Shown here: positions 1 through 9,979 of the stretch, one piece after another
Numbering within the stretch: position 1 is the stretch's first letter
How the letters are laid out: each line of letters starts with the position of its first letter
NCBI GenBank assembly: GCA_965250285.1
Contig: OZ252299.1
Coordinates: forward strand, 1,504,001 to 1,568,000
DNA from: Myxococcota bacterium
GTDB lineage: Bacteria; Myxococcota_A; UBA9160; UBA4427
Reading direction: 5' to 3'
DNA length: 64,000 nucleotides
The notes under the pieces: model-generated
What the model saw: only the letters and a program-made list of their open reading frames with translations
Database searches by the model: none
What the model was told of the DNA's origin: nothing
Program-made: the position numbers and the translations under genes

Positions 1-1180
1 CGGCCCACATCTGGTGTTGCCCGACGTCGGTCGTGATGATGGCCTTGCCCTGGGTCAGCGCGTGCAGGCGATCGAGCACGTGCTGGGCGCGCAGCCCTCC
101 CTGCTTCGGGTACTTGAGCGGGTACTTCCGGCGCCAGCCTTCGATGCGGTTCAGCCACGCCTCGGTGGGCGCGGCCTCGACGCGCGGGATCAGGTCTTCG
201 ACCACGAGCCGGGCGTCGCCGCAGAGCGTGACATCGGGCATCACCATCTTGTTGAACTCGGCCGGATCGATGTCGATGTGGATCTTCACCGCGTCCGTGC
301 AGAACTCGTCGAGCTTGCCCGTGATGCGATCGTCCCACCGCGCGCCGATCGCCATGATGAGGTCGCAGTCAGCGACCGCCTTGTTCGCGTAGGCCGTGCC
401 GTGCATGCCCAGCATGCCCAGGTGGAGCGGATGGGTCTCGTCGGCCGCACCCTTGCCGAGCAGCGTGTTCACCAGCGGTGCGCGCAGCTTCTCGGCGAGC
501 GAGACGACGGCCTTGCCGGCGTCGGAGATCACGGCGCCGTGACCGACGTAGAGCACAGGGCGCTCGGCGTTCGAGAGCAGCTCGGCGGCCCGGTCGAGGG
601 CATCGGCGTCGGCGCGGCCCGGCACGTCGTAGCCGGGCAGGTCGACGTCGTCGACGAAGGGGGCGTCGCAGGGGCCCTGGGTCACGTCCTTCGGCAGATC
701 GATCAGCACCGGGCCCGGGCGGCCGGTCGTCGCGATGTGAAACGCCTCTCGGCTCACGCGCGGGATATCGGCGGCGTCCCGCACCAGATAGCTGTGCTTG
801 ACGACGGCGTAGGTGATGCCGGTGACGTCGGCCTCCTGGAAGCCGTCCTTGCCGAGCATCGGCGAGATCGTCTGGCCGCAGAGCACGATCATCGGCACCG
901 AATCCATGTGCGAAGTCAGCAGACCGGTCACCGTGTTGGTGGCGCCCGGGCCCGAGGTCACCAGGACGACCCCGGGCTTGCCGGTCGCCCGGGCGTAGCC
1001 GTCGGCCATGTGCGTCGCGCCCTGCTCATGCCGGACGAGGATCAGCTTGATGTTCGAGTCGACCAGTGCATCGAAGATGGGCATCGCCGCGCCGCCCGAG
1101 AGTCCGAAGACGTACTCGACGCCCTCGCGCTCGAGGCACTGGATGAGTTTTTCGGCTCCAGTCGGGAGTTTCGTTTCCAT
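1..1180 (-). CDS. ilvB: Acetolactate synthase large subunit (3' part runs off the window start)
   Basis: Not in the ORF track because it is open at the edge. Manual translation from the ATG at 1180 gives METKLPTGAEKLIQCLEREGVEYVFGLSGGAAMPIFDAL...RHEQGATHMADGYARATGKPGVVLVTSGPGATN...FQEAD, the ThDP-enzyme N-terminal motifs. GGAG RBS upstream. Confidence 0.95.
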   Translation of the reverse strand, partial: METKLPTGAEKLIQCLEREGVEYVFGLSGGAAMPIFDALVDSNIKLILVRHEQGATHMADGYARATGKPGVVLVTSGPGATNTVTGLLTSHMDSVPMIVLCGQTISPMLGKDGFQEADVTGITYAVVKHSYLVRDAADIPRVSREAFHIATTGRPGPVLIDLPKDVTQGPCDAPFVDDVDLPGYDVPGRADADALDRAAELLSNAERPVLYVGHGAVISDAGKAVVSLAEKLRAPLVNTLLGKGAADETHPLHLGMLGMHGTAYANKAVADCDLIMAIGARWDDRITGKLDEFCTDAVKIHIDIDPAEFNKMVMPDVTLCGDARLVVEDLIPRVEAAPTEAWLNRIEGWRRKYPLKYPKQGGLRAQHVLDRLHALTQGKAIITTDVGQHQMWA

Positions 1181-1740
1181 CGTGGCTCCAGGTGGGTGAA
1201 CCGGGGCGCTGTGGGCCCATTTTTCTCTGTAGAGTGCAGCTGATCGGATCAGGGGAGGGCAAACATACACAAGAAACGGCCAAATTCTCCGGATCAGCGC
1301 AAGAGTTTATCCAATAACGACGATTTGGCGTCACTCCGATCCGCCCAACTTTGATTGGGGACGGTTTTATCGGCCAGTGAGAGTCCAACTTATCCCGTGT
1401 CATCGATTGAGCGATCCAAGTCGAGCGAATTCGACGCCAAATTGCGAGACTCGCCCCTCGGGGCAGCGCGTCTTTCGCTCGGCTCGCCTGCCTGGGGCGT
1501 GGGTCGAGGTGCGCGGTGGCCCCGCGCCCCGCACGTCGCCCGATTCTAAGCGGGCGATGGCGGTCGCCCAGGCAACCCGAGACGCGCAGCGGGGTGTCCA
1601 TCCCGTGGGAGCCCGCGTGTGCAGCGCCGGCTCCAGATCAGCGCCCGGTCGGACGAATGGTATGCTCGTCCGCGACTTCGCCGTCGATCGAGGCCGAAGC
1701 TCAGGCCAGAGATCACGCTCGGCACTCGGAGAACGAGCCC

Positions 1741-2013
1741 ATGCGCACAGCATCCCGTGTTTCGAAGGGACCGACCCGGTCGCGGCAGTGCGTCGCTGCG
1801 CTCCTGCTCGCAGGTGCGCTTCTGATCGCGCTCCCGATCACCGCGGCGGCGACCGAGCCCGAGTACGACGCGGCCGACGCCGGCAACCCGGTGCGGATCA
1901 CGGCGTACGTGCTTCACCCGATCGGCGTGATCTACGACTACCTGCTCCTGCGCCCCGCTTGGTGGGTCGGCTCGCACGAGCCGTTCCGCACCCTGTTCGG
2001 TCGCGACGACTAG
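1741..2013 (+). CDS. Small secreted/membrane hypothetical protein (90 aa)
   Basis: GGAG upstream of the ATG at 1741; signal-peptide-like segment (VAALLLAGALLIALPITAAA); GC3-rich codons; extended -10-like TGGTATGCT at 1658-1666. Confidence 0.7.
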   Translation: MRTASRVSKGPTRSRQCVAALLLAGALLIALPITAAATEPEYDAADAGNPVRITAYVLHPIGVIYDYLLLRPAWWVGSHEPFRTLFGRDD

Positions 2014-2522
2014 ACCGCCGCTTCGTTCTGGTTCGCTTGTCCGCGCGCTCCGCGCGCGTGCGTGCGTTGAGCCCGTGCGTTCGACATGCGCTCGAGGCGG
2101 CCGGGCGAGTGGGCGCGTCCAACCTGCGTTCGAGTGGGCCGGGCGCGTGCGTGCGTCTGGCCCGTGCCCGAGTCGGTCGGCCGAGTGCGCGCGTCGGGCC
2201 CGTGCTCGAGTCGGCCCCGATCGGTCGCGTGGGACAAAATGGGTCGCCGGTTCGAGATGTCGCGGTGCGGCGCACCGGGACGCCAAACGACACGATGGAA
2301 CGCAGCTCATGCACGTGCATGACGTGCGCGTGCGGTCGGCAAGTGTCGCGCAAGGCGCTCCGTTGTTACCCTCGGCCTTCGTGCGGGGACGTCGTGCGCA
2401 CGGGGAGCGGGTTCGGATGGGGCCTGCCCGCGCGGCTCCGCTCAAGATTCGACGCGTGTCGGACGTGACGTTCGAAACGCGATGCTCTGTTTCGAGCACC
2501 GGGGACTGACGAAGAGCACTCG

Positions 2523-4079
2523 ATGGCGATCGAACTGAAGCAACAGCTCAGAATGTCGCAGCAGCTGGTGATGACGCCCCAGCTGCAGCAGGCGATCAAG
2601 CTGTTGCAGCTCAACCAACTCGAGCTGGTCGGCCTCGTCGAGCAGGAGCTCCAGGAAAACCCGGTCCTCGAAGAGGCGGCGCCCGACGAGCAGGTCGATG
2701 CCGAGGGGGCCGACCCCGAGGTCGAGTCAGCGCCCGCCGATGCCGAGGCCGGCGGAGAATCGGGCGAAGGCGAGGGGGCCGAGGTCAACGCCGAGCCGGG
2801 CGATCTCGAGGTGGCGGCCGACCTGGCCGGCGAAGACCCCAATGCCGCCGAGCAGGCAGATCCGTCCGACGCCGAGAAGATCGCCGACATCGAGTGGGAG
2901 AACTATCTCGAGTCGAATCCCCAGACCGGGCTCGAGTCGCGCGTGGCCGGTGGCGACGACGAGCGTCCCAGTCTCGAGCAGACGCTGAGCACGCGGCCCA
3001 CGCTCACCGATCACCTCGAAGGGCAGGTCGGCGTCTCGAACTTCGATGAAGAAGAGACCGAGATCGCTCACTGGATCATCGGCAACATCGACGAGCGTGG
3101 ATACCTCTGCTCGACCGTCGAAGAGATCGCGAAGCAGTGTGGCGCCGAGATCGAACACGTCGAGTCGACGCTCGTGAAGGTTCAGCGCCTCGACCCGCCG
3201 GGTGTCGCGGCGCGCGATCTGCGCGAATGCCTGCTCGCCCAGCTCCGCGTGCTGCGGATCCGCGATGGTCTCGTGTTCGACATCGTCGACCGCCACCTCG
3301 ACCTGCTTCAGAAGCGCGACTTTCGCGGTCTGGCCCGTGCGACCGGCGCGGTGCCCGAAGAGGTGGCCGCGGCCAACCGCGTCATCGCGAGTCTCGAGCC
3401 CCGGCCCGCTCGCGACTTCGGTGGCGACGAGCCCGTGTACATCACGCCCGACATCTACGTGCACAAGGTCGGTGACGAGTTTCATGTGCTGCTCAACGAA
3501 GACGGCTTGCCCAAGCTGAAGATCAGCAACGTCTACCGCGACGTGCTGCAGCACGAGGGCGGCCGCGCCAGCAGCGACGACAAGGACACACGCAACTACG
3601 TTCAGGACAAGCTGCGCTCGGCGCAGTGGCTGATCAAGTCCATCCATCAGCGGCAGCGCACGATCGTCAAGGTGATGCAGAGCATCATTCAATATCAGCG
3701 AGAGTTCTTCGAGAAGGGCGTCGCCCACCTCAAGCCCCTGAATCTGCGTGATGTCGCCGACGACATCGGCATGCATGAGTCGACGGTCAGCCGGGTCACC
3801 ACCAACAAATACGCCCATACCCCGCAGGGAATCTTCGAGCTCAAGTACTTCTTCAATTCGAGCATCAATCGAGTCGACGGCGATGCCATCGCCAGCGAGA
3901 GCGTCAAGGAGAAGATCCGCAAGATCATCACGAGCGAGGATCCACGCAGGCCGCTCTCGGATCAGCGGATCGCGGAGATGCTGAAGGCACGCAACATCGA
4001 TATCGCCCGGCGGACGGTCACGAAATACCGCGAATCGATGAACATCCTCTCCTCGACGAAGCGCCGGCAGGTGGGATAA
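2523..4079 (+). CDS. rpoN: RNA polymerase sigma-54 factor
   Basis: Region I MTPQLQQAIKLLQL, HTH HESTVSR, RpoN box ARRTVTKYRE. Confidence 0.98.
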   Translation: MAIELKQQLRMSQQLVMTPQLQQAIKLLQLNQLELVGLVEQELQENPVLEEAAPDEQVDAEGADPEVESAPADAEAGGESGEGEGAEVNAEPGDLEVAADLAGEDPNAAEQADPSDAEKIADIEWENYLESNPQTGLESRVAGGDDERPSLEQTLSTRPTLTDHLEGQVGVSNFDEEETEIAHWIIGNIDERGYLCSTVEEIAKQCGAEIEHVESTLVKVQRLDPPGVAARDLRECLLAQLRVLRIRDGLVFDIVDRHLDLLQKRDFRGLARATGAVPEEVAAANRVIASLEPRPARDFGGDEPVYITPDIYVHKVGDEFHVLLNEDGLPKLKISNVYRDVLQHEGGRASSDDKDTRNYVQDKLRSAQWLIKSIHQRQRTIVKVMQSIIQYQREFFEKGVAHLKPLNLRDVADDIGMHESTVSRVTTNKYAHTPQGIFELKYFFNSSINRVDGDAIASESVKEKIRKIITSEDPRRPLSDQRIAEMLKARNIDIARRTVTKYRESMNILSSTKRRQVG

Positions 4080-4106
4080 CTTGCCGCCGCCCGGGGCGGA
4101 GGTGGC

Positions 4107-4568
4107 ATGAAGATCATGGACATCCTGGTCCAGGAGGCCGTCCTCCTCGACCTCGAATCCGACAGCAAGGACGGCGTGCTGGCCGAGATGGCCGGCGCGC
4201 TCGGCGAGGCGGTTCCGACCGTCGATCGCGATCGACTGCTGCAGGTGTTGACCGAGCGCGAGGCGCTCCAGTCGACCGGCATCGGCGAGGGTGTCGCGAT
4301 CCCGCACGGCAAGCTCGATGGCCTCGATCGCCTGCTCGCCTCGTTCGCGCGATGCAAGGCCGGGCTCGACTTCGACTCGATCGACGGCCAGCCGACGCAG
4401 CTCTTCTTCCTGCTGGTCGTGCCCGAACACTCCGGTGGCCAGCACCTCAAGGCCCTCGCGCGGATCTCGCGTTTTCTGCGCGACGGATCGTTCCGCGATC
4501 GCTTACTCGAGGCCGAGAAGCCCGAGGACGTCTTCGCCGCGATCGCCGACGAGGACGCCCGGTTCTGA
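4107..4568 (+). CDS. ptsN: PTS IIA-like nitrogen regulatory protein
   Basis: RE..STGIGEGVAIPHGK phospho-His motif, HLKALARISR, position directly after rpoN. Confidence 0.93.
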   Translation: MKIMDILVQEAVLLDLESDSKDGVLAEMAGALGEAVPTVDRDRLLQVLTEREALQSTGIGEGVAIPHGKLDGLDRLLASFARCKAGLDFDSIDGQPTQLFFLLVVPEHSGGQHLKALARISRFLRDGSFRDRLLEAEKPEDVFAAIADEDARF

Positions 4569-4699
4569 TTCGCCGCGCTACCCGCCGCGTCGCTTGAACT
4601 CCAGAGACCAACGCACACACCGCGGCGTCTGAACTCCAGATGCGTTCGCGTGCGGGAACACCGGGGGGCGGACCGCCACGGCGGGCCGAGGAGCGGGTC

Positions 4700-5260
4700 A
4701 TGGAGCAGCAGATCCACGGAGCGCTCGTTCAGGTGCTCGGACTCGGTGTGCTGCTCGTTGGACGCAGCGGCGTCGGCAAGAGCGAGTGCGCGCTCGAGCT
4801 CGTGCAGCGGGGGCATCGCCTCGTGGCCGACGACGTCGTGCGGGTGCGGCCCGAGGGCGCCGGCGAGGCCGCCCGGCTCGTCGGCTACGCGCCCGAGCTG
4901 ATCCGCCACTACATGGAGCTGCGCGGCGTCGGGCTCATTCGCGTGCCCGACCTCTTCGGCGAGGAAGCCGTGCTGGACGAGTCTTCGATCGAGCTCTGCT
5001 GCCGGCTCGAGCCGTGGCGCGAAGGCGCCCGATACGACCGGATCGGCCTAGAGCGCGTATCTCGCCCCATCGCCGGCATCGAAGTGCCGACCCTCGAACT
5101 GCCGGTTCGCCCCGCCGGCAACATGGCGACGCTCGTGGAGGTGGCGGTGCGCGATCAGCGGGAACGCAACCGCGGCAACAACGCCGCGCGGCGGTTGGAT
5201 GACACGCTGCGAGGCCGCGCGGGATCGGCGGCGCCGGCCGAGCGCGGGGGGCGGTCATGA
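4700..5260 (+). CDS. hprK: HPr kinase/phosphorylase, short form (kinase domain only)
   Basis: Walker A GRSGVGKSECALELVQRGHRLVADD and ELRGVGLI signature; GAGGAG RBS before the ATG at 4700. Confidence 0.88.
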   Translation: MEQQIHGALVQVLGLGVLLVGRSGVGKSECALELVQRGHRLVADDVVRVRPEGAGEAARLVGYAPELIRHYMELRGVGLIRVPDLFGEEAVLDESSIELCCRLEPWREGARYDRIGLERVSRPIAGIEVPTLELPVRPAGNMATLVEVAVRDQRERNRGNNAARRLDDTLRGRAGSAAPAERGGRS

Positions 5261-6141
5261 CCGATCAAGAGCGCCGCAACGCGGCACGGAGCGAGATCGT
5301 CTTCGTCGCCGGGCTCTCGGGCAGCGGCAAGAGCACGGCGATGGCCGCGCTCGAAGACCTCTCCTACTACGGCGTCGACAATCTGCCGGCCCAGCTCGTG
5401 CCCCAGTTCTTGAATCTGTGCGACCAGGTGAAGCCGCCGATCCGGCGGATCGCGCTCGCGGTCGACACGCGCGAAGAACGCTTCCTGCGTGACTTTCCCT
5501 CTGTCGTCGAGCGTCTGCGCCAGCGCGGCGCCGACGTCCGGACGGTTTTTCTCGACTGCTCGAACGAGGTGCTCGAGAAGCGCTATCGCGAGACGCGGCG
5601 CGTCCACCCGCTGTCGCCCGGCGGCAGCGTCGAGCTGGGGATTCAGCGCGAGCGCGATCTGCTGGTCGACGTGGCGAGCCTCGCCGACCACCGGCTCGAT
5701 ACCTCCGATCTCAACGTGCACGAGCTGAAGGATGCGATCGAGCGCTGGGTCGAGCGCGAGGCGGCAAGGCCGATGGTGGTCAACCTCGTCTCGTTCGGCT
5801 TTCGCTACGGTACGCCGCCATCGCTCGAGCTCCTGTTCGACATGCGGTTCCTCTCCAACCCGTACTTCGAGGAATCGCTGCGGGCGCGGACGGGCCTCGA
5901 AGAGGAGGTCGCACGCTACGTGCTCGACGATGAGCAGGGCGGCGAGCTCTTCGAGCGATTGACGTCGTTCCTCGGCTACCTGCTGCCGAAGTACGACGAC
6001 GAGGGGAAGGCCTACCTGACCGTGGGCATCGGGTGCACGGGGGGGCGCCATCGCTCGGTCGCGGTGACCGAGGCGCTGGCGCGCTGGTTCGGCGAACGCG
6101 GGCGTGAGGTGAACGTCGAGCACCGGGACGTCGAGCGCTAG
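5257..6141 (+). CDS. rapZ: RNase adapter / P-loop NTPase RapZ (YvcJ family)
   Basis: GLSGSGKS, VDNLP, SFGFRYG, RFLSNP, GCTGGRHRSV. Confidence 0.96.
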   Translation: MTDQERRNAARSEIVFVAGLSGSGKSTAMAALEDLSYYGVDNLPAQLVPQFLNLCDQVKPPIRRIALAVDTREERFLRDFPSVVERLRQRGADVRTVFLDCSNEVLEKRYRETRRVHPLSPGGSVELGIQRERDLLVDVASLADHRLDTSDLNVHELKDAIERWVEREAARPMVVNLVSFGFRYGTPPSLELLFDMRFLSNPYFEESLRARTGLEEEVARYVLDDEQGGELFERLTSFLGYLLPKYDDEGKAYLTVGIGCTGGRHRSVAVTEALARWFGERGREVNVEHRDVER

Positions 6142-6229
6142 GAGCGGTCAGCGCAGAGGCGCCGGGCGAGGCGCCCGGCGTGAATCGATCGACTCGCGGC
6201 GTCGAGCGCGCCGGGTCGAGGGAGATGAC

Positions 6230-6643
6230 ATGAAGGTCGGGGTCGTGATCGTGACGCACTACGGGCTGGGGGCCGAGTTCCTGCAGGCGCTCCGGCTCAT
6301 CGTGCCCGAGTCGCCGACCTTCTACGCCGTGTCGCTCGAGCCCGACGAGCCGATCGACGAGATGCGAGAGAAGCTTCGCCGTACGCTCCAGACGGCCGAC
6401 CAGGGCGACGGCGTGCTCGTGTTGACCGACATGTTCGGTGGCACGCCCTCGAACATTTCATTGTCGTTCCTCGACGACTTCAACGTCGAGGTCGTGACGG
6501 GCTTCAATCTGCCGATGCTGATCAAGCTCGCGACGATGCGCGAAGAGAAGAGCGTCGGAGACCTGGCCCACTACATCTGCGAGTACGGCCGGCGCAACCT
6601 CTCTTGCGCGAGCGAGCTCGTTCCCCACGGAGCCGGCGAGTGA
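6230..6643 (+). CDS. PTS mannose/fructose-type EIIA component
   Basis: GVVIVTH phospho-His motif, LTDMFGGTPSN, GFNLPML. Confidence 0.92.
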   Translation: MKVGVVIVTHYGLGAEFLQALRLIVPESPTFYAVSLEPDEPIDEMREKLRRTLQTADQGDGVLVLTDMFGGTPSNISLSFLDDFNVEVVTGFNLPMLIKLATMREEKSVGDLAHYICEYGRRNLSCASELVPHGAGE

Positions 6644-6924
6644 GCGACGCCGCGCGCTTCGAGGCCGAGTTCGTCGTCGCCAGCTCGTACGGGCTGCATG
6701 CGCGCCCGGCGGCGCGATTCGCACAGCTGGCCGCCGAGCTCGGCTGCGAGGTCGAGCTCGGCCGGCCGGGCGGCGACGACTGGGTCAACGGCGCCAGCGT
6801 GCTGTCGATCCTGTCCCTCGCGGCGGGGCAGGGCACCGCGCTGGTGATTCGCGCGCACGGCGACAACGCCGGGGACGTCGTGCGACAGCTGGGCGCGATC
6901 CTCGAGGACGTCGACGCCCCCTAG
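6640..6924 (+). CDS. ptsH: Phosphocarrier protein HPr/NPr
   Basis: GLHARPAA (His15 motif) and NGASVLSIL (Ser46 region); GTG start overlaps the upstream TGA. Confidence 0.9.
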   Translation: MSDAARFEAEFVVASSYGLHARPAARFAQLAAELGCEVELGRPGGDDWVNGASVLSILSLAAGQGTALVIRAHGDNAGDVVRQLGAILEDVDAP

Positions 6925-7074
6925 CGCCGGCGTCTCACCCGGGGTGCCCGCCGGCACACCGGACACGCCCGGTGCGCGGGCCCGCCGGTCACCCGAGGCG
7001 CTCCGCTGTGACGTTCGGGCGCCGACAGGCCCGGATCGGCGCCGCGTGGGACGCTTCAAATGCAGGCGCCGGGT

Positions 7075-7103
7075 TTGAACCCCAGGGGCGGCTCGCCTAC
7101 CCT
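7075..7103 (+). promoter_or_regulatory. Putative sigma70-type promoter of metK
   Basis: TTGAAC-N17-TACCCT about 90 bp upstream of metK, overlapped by the inverted repeat TTCAAA-N13-TTTGAA (7055-7079). Confidence 0.4.
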
Positions 7104-7190
7104 GCGCCCCCCCGTTTTGCCCCCCACGCATCCAGTTCCACGGGCCCAGAGCGGCCCGTTTCGCGGTGAATCCGCAGGAGTTTCCTCGAC

Positions 7191-8354
<1,164 letters not shown>

Positions 8355-8437
8355 CGGTCGACGCGGCGAGGCGGTTGGCTGCCCGGCGCTTCTGCGATAC
8401 GAAGAGCCCCCACGACGCTCCCCCCTGGAGACCCGCC

Positions 8438-9559
8438 ATGCGCTCATCGAGGAGTCGCCGCGTCCGCCCGGCGTTCGCCCTGGCGTGGGCGTGTGCGTGC
8501 GCACTGGCGGTGGCTTCGAGCAGCGCGGCCGAGGCGGGCGAATCCCCCGACATGCGCGTGCTGCTGTACCGCGGCGCCGGGCCGATCGAGATCGAATCGG
8601 GCGGGCGCCGGGCTCGGTTCGAGGCCACCCGAGAGGGCGTCCGCCGCGACGGCGACACCGTGCGGTCCGAGTGGAAGGTGCCGGCGCGCCGGGGCGCGAA
8701 CGTGGCCGGTCGGCGCGTTCGGGGTGAGCTTCGCGTCTCGACCGACCGCGCTCATCGGCTCGTCGTGGTCAACACGGTGGGGCTCGAAGACTATGTGGCC
8801 GGCGTGCTCGAGGGCGAGATCCCGGCGAGCTGGTCGAGCGAGGCGCTGGCCGCCCAGGCCGTCGCGAGCCGAAGCTACGCCCTGCATCAGCGCAGCCGCC
8901 GTCTGGACGCGCCCTGGCACGTCACGGCGACGACCACCCATCAGGTGTATGCCGACAGCGCCGGCGTCCACGCGGCCATTCGGCGTGCGGTCGACGAGAC
9001 GCGTGGCGAAGTGCTGACCTACCGGGGGCGGCCGATTCTCGCGGCGTTCCACAGCGCCTCGGGCGGCCGCACGGCCAGTGCGGACGAGGTCTGGGGCCGC
9101 TCGCTTCCGTATCTGGTGTCGGTCGACGTGACGGGCGAAGAGGATTCGCCCGACACGTACTGGCGGGCCGGGGTGACGTTCGAGACCCTCGAGCGCCTGC
9201 TCGAGACCGCCGGCGTCGGGGTGGGGCGGGTGCAGGCCGTCGAGATCGCCGCACGTAGCTCGAGTGGGCGCGTCGCCCAGCTCGAGGTGCGCGGCTCCCG
9301 GGGCACGCACACGCTCACCGGCCGTGAGCTGCGGTCGATCGTCGGCGAGTCGACGCTGCGCAGTACGCTCTTCGATCTTCGACCCGAGACCGATCGCGTC
9401 GTCTTCGTCGGCACGGGCCGCGGGCACGGCGTCGGCATGAGCCAATGGGGCGCACAGGCGCTCGCACAGGCGGGGCAGAGGTACCCCGAGATCCTCGCGG
9501 CCTTCTACCCGGGCACGCGGCTCGAAGAACTCAATCGTTCGATGGCCCAACGGCGCTGA
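8438..9559 (+). CDS. SpoIID/LytB-domain lytic transglycosylase
   Basis: LEDYVAGVLEGE, EALAAQAVASRSYA, GRGHGVGMSQWGA, FYPG; N-terminal signal peptide. Confidence 0.92.
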   Translation: MRSSRSRRVRPAFALAWACACALAVASSSAAEAGESPDMRVLLYRGAGPIEIESGGRRARFEATREGVRRDGDTVRSEWKVPARRGANVAGRRVRGELRVSTDRAHRLVVVNTVGLEDYVAGVLEGEIPASWSSEALAAQAVASRSYALHQRSRRLDAPWHVTATTTHQVYADSAGVHAAIRRAVDETRGEVLTYRGRPILAAFHSASGGRTASADEVWGRSLPYLVSVDVTGEEDSPDTYWRAGVTFETLERLLETAGVGVGRVQAVEIAARSSSGRVAQLEVRGSRGTHTLTGRELRSIVGESTLRSTLFDLRPETDRVVFVGTGRGHGVGMSQWGAQALAQAGQRYPEILAAFYPGTRLEELNRSMAQRR

Positions 9560-9634
9560 CGCCGACCTGGCCGCGGCCGCCGGCCGGCGCAGTGTCCCCC
9601 GCGTCGGTCGCGCCATGAGAAAGGAAGTCACACG

Positions 9635-9979
9635 GTGGGAAACGAATCCTCCGCACTCTTGATGCAGGCCGGTGGGGCCTCGGACCTGGGTTTCTTCATC
9701 CCGATGGCGGCGGTCTTCCTCATCTTCTACCTCCTCGTGTTCCGGCCGCAGCAGAAGCAGCAGCGGGATCGCGAGGATGCGATCAAGGCGGCGGTCAAGG
9801 GTGACCGCATCATCACATCGGGCGGTCTCTACGGCACGATCACGGGCGTGGACGACGACACGTTCACCGTCGAGATCGGTCGGGTGAAGGGCACCAAGGT
9901 CGAGGTGCAGGTCGCACGATCGCGGGTCGAGAGCGTCACCAAGGCCGGTCAGGCCGACACGGAGAGCGAGAAGTCGTGA
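9635..9979 (+). CDS. yajC: Preprotein translocase subunit YajC
   Basis: TM segment followed by FYLLVFRPQQKQ and GDRIITSGGLYG; precedes secD. Confidence 0.93.
   Translation: MGNESSALLMQAGGASDLGFFIPMAAVFLIFYLLVFRPQQKQQRDREDAIKAAVKGDRIITSGGLYGTITGVDDDTFTVEIGRVKGTKVEVQVARSRVESVTKAGQADTESEKS

Noticed and set aside
14..1243. 409-aa + strand ORF and the many other long overlapping ORFs (e.g. 2727-4445, 16637-18667, 36744-39713, 57624-59921, 60144-62492)
   Set aside because: Antisense or off-frame shadows of real genes, expected at about 70% GC; Arg/Ala/Pro-rich translations with no motifs
1181..1420. ilvB attenuator leader peptide
   Set aside because: No short Leu/Val/Ile-rich ORF with a terminator on the minus strand; the clearest short ORF is only MFALP-stop
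6925..7190. SAM riboswitch upstream of metK
   Set aside because: No SAM-I, SAM-II or SAM-IV core sequences recognised; a Rfam scan would be needed to exclude it formally
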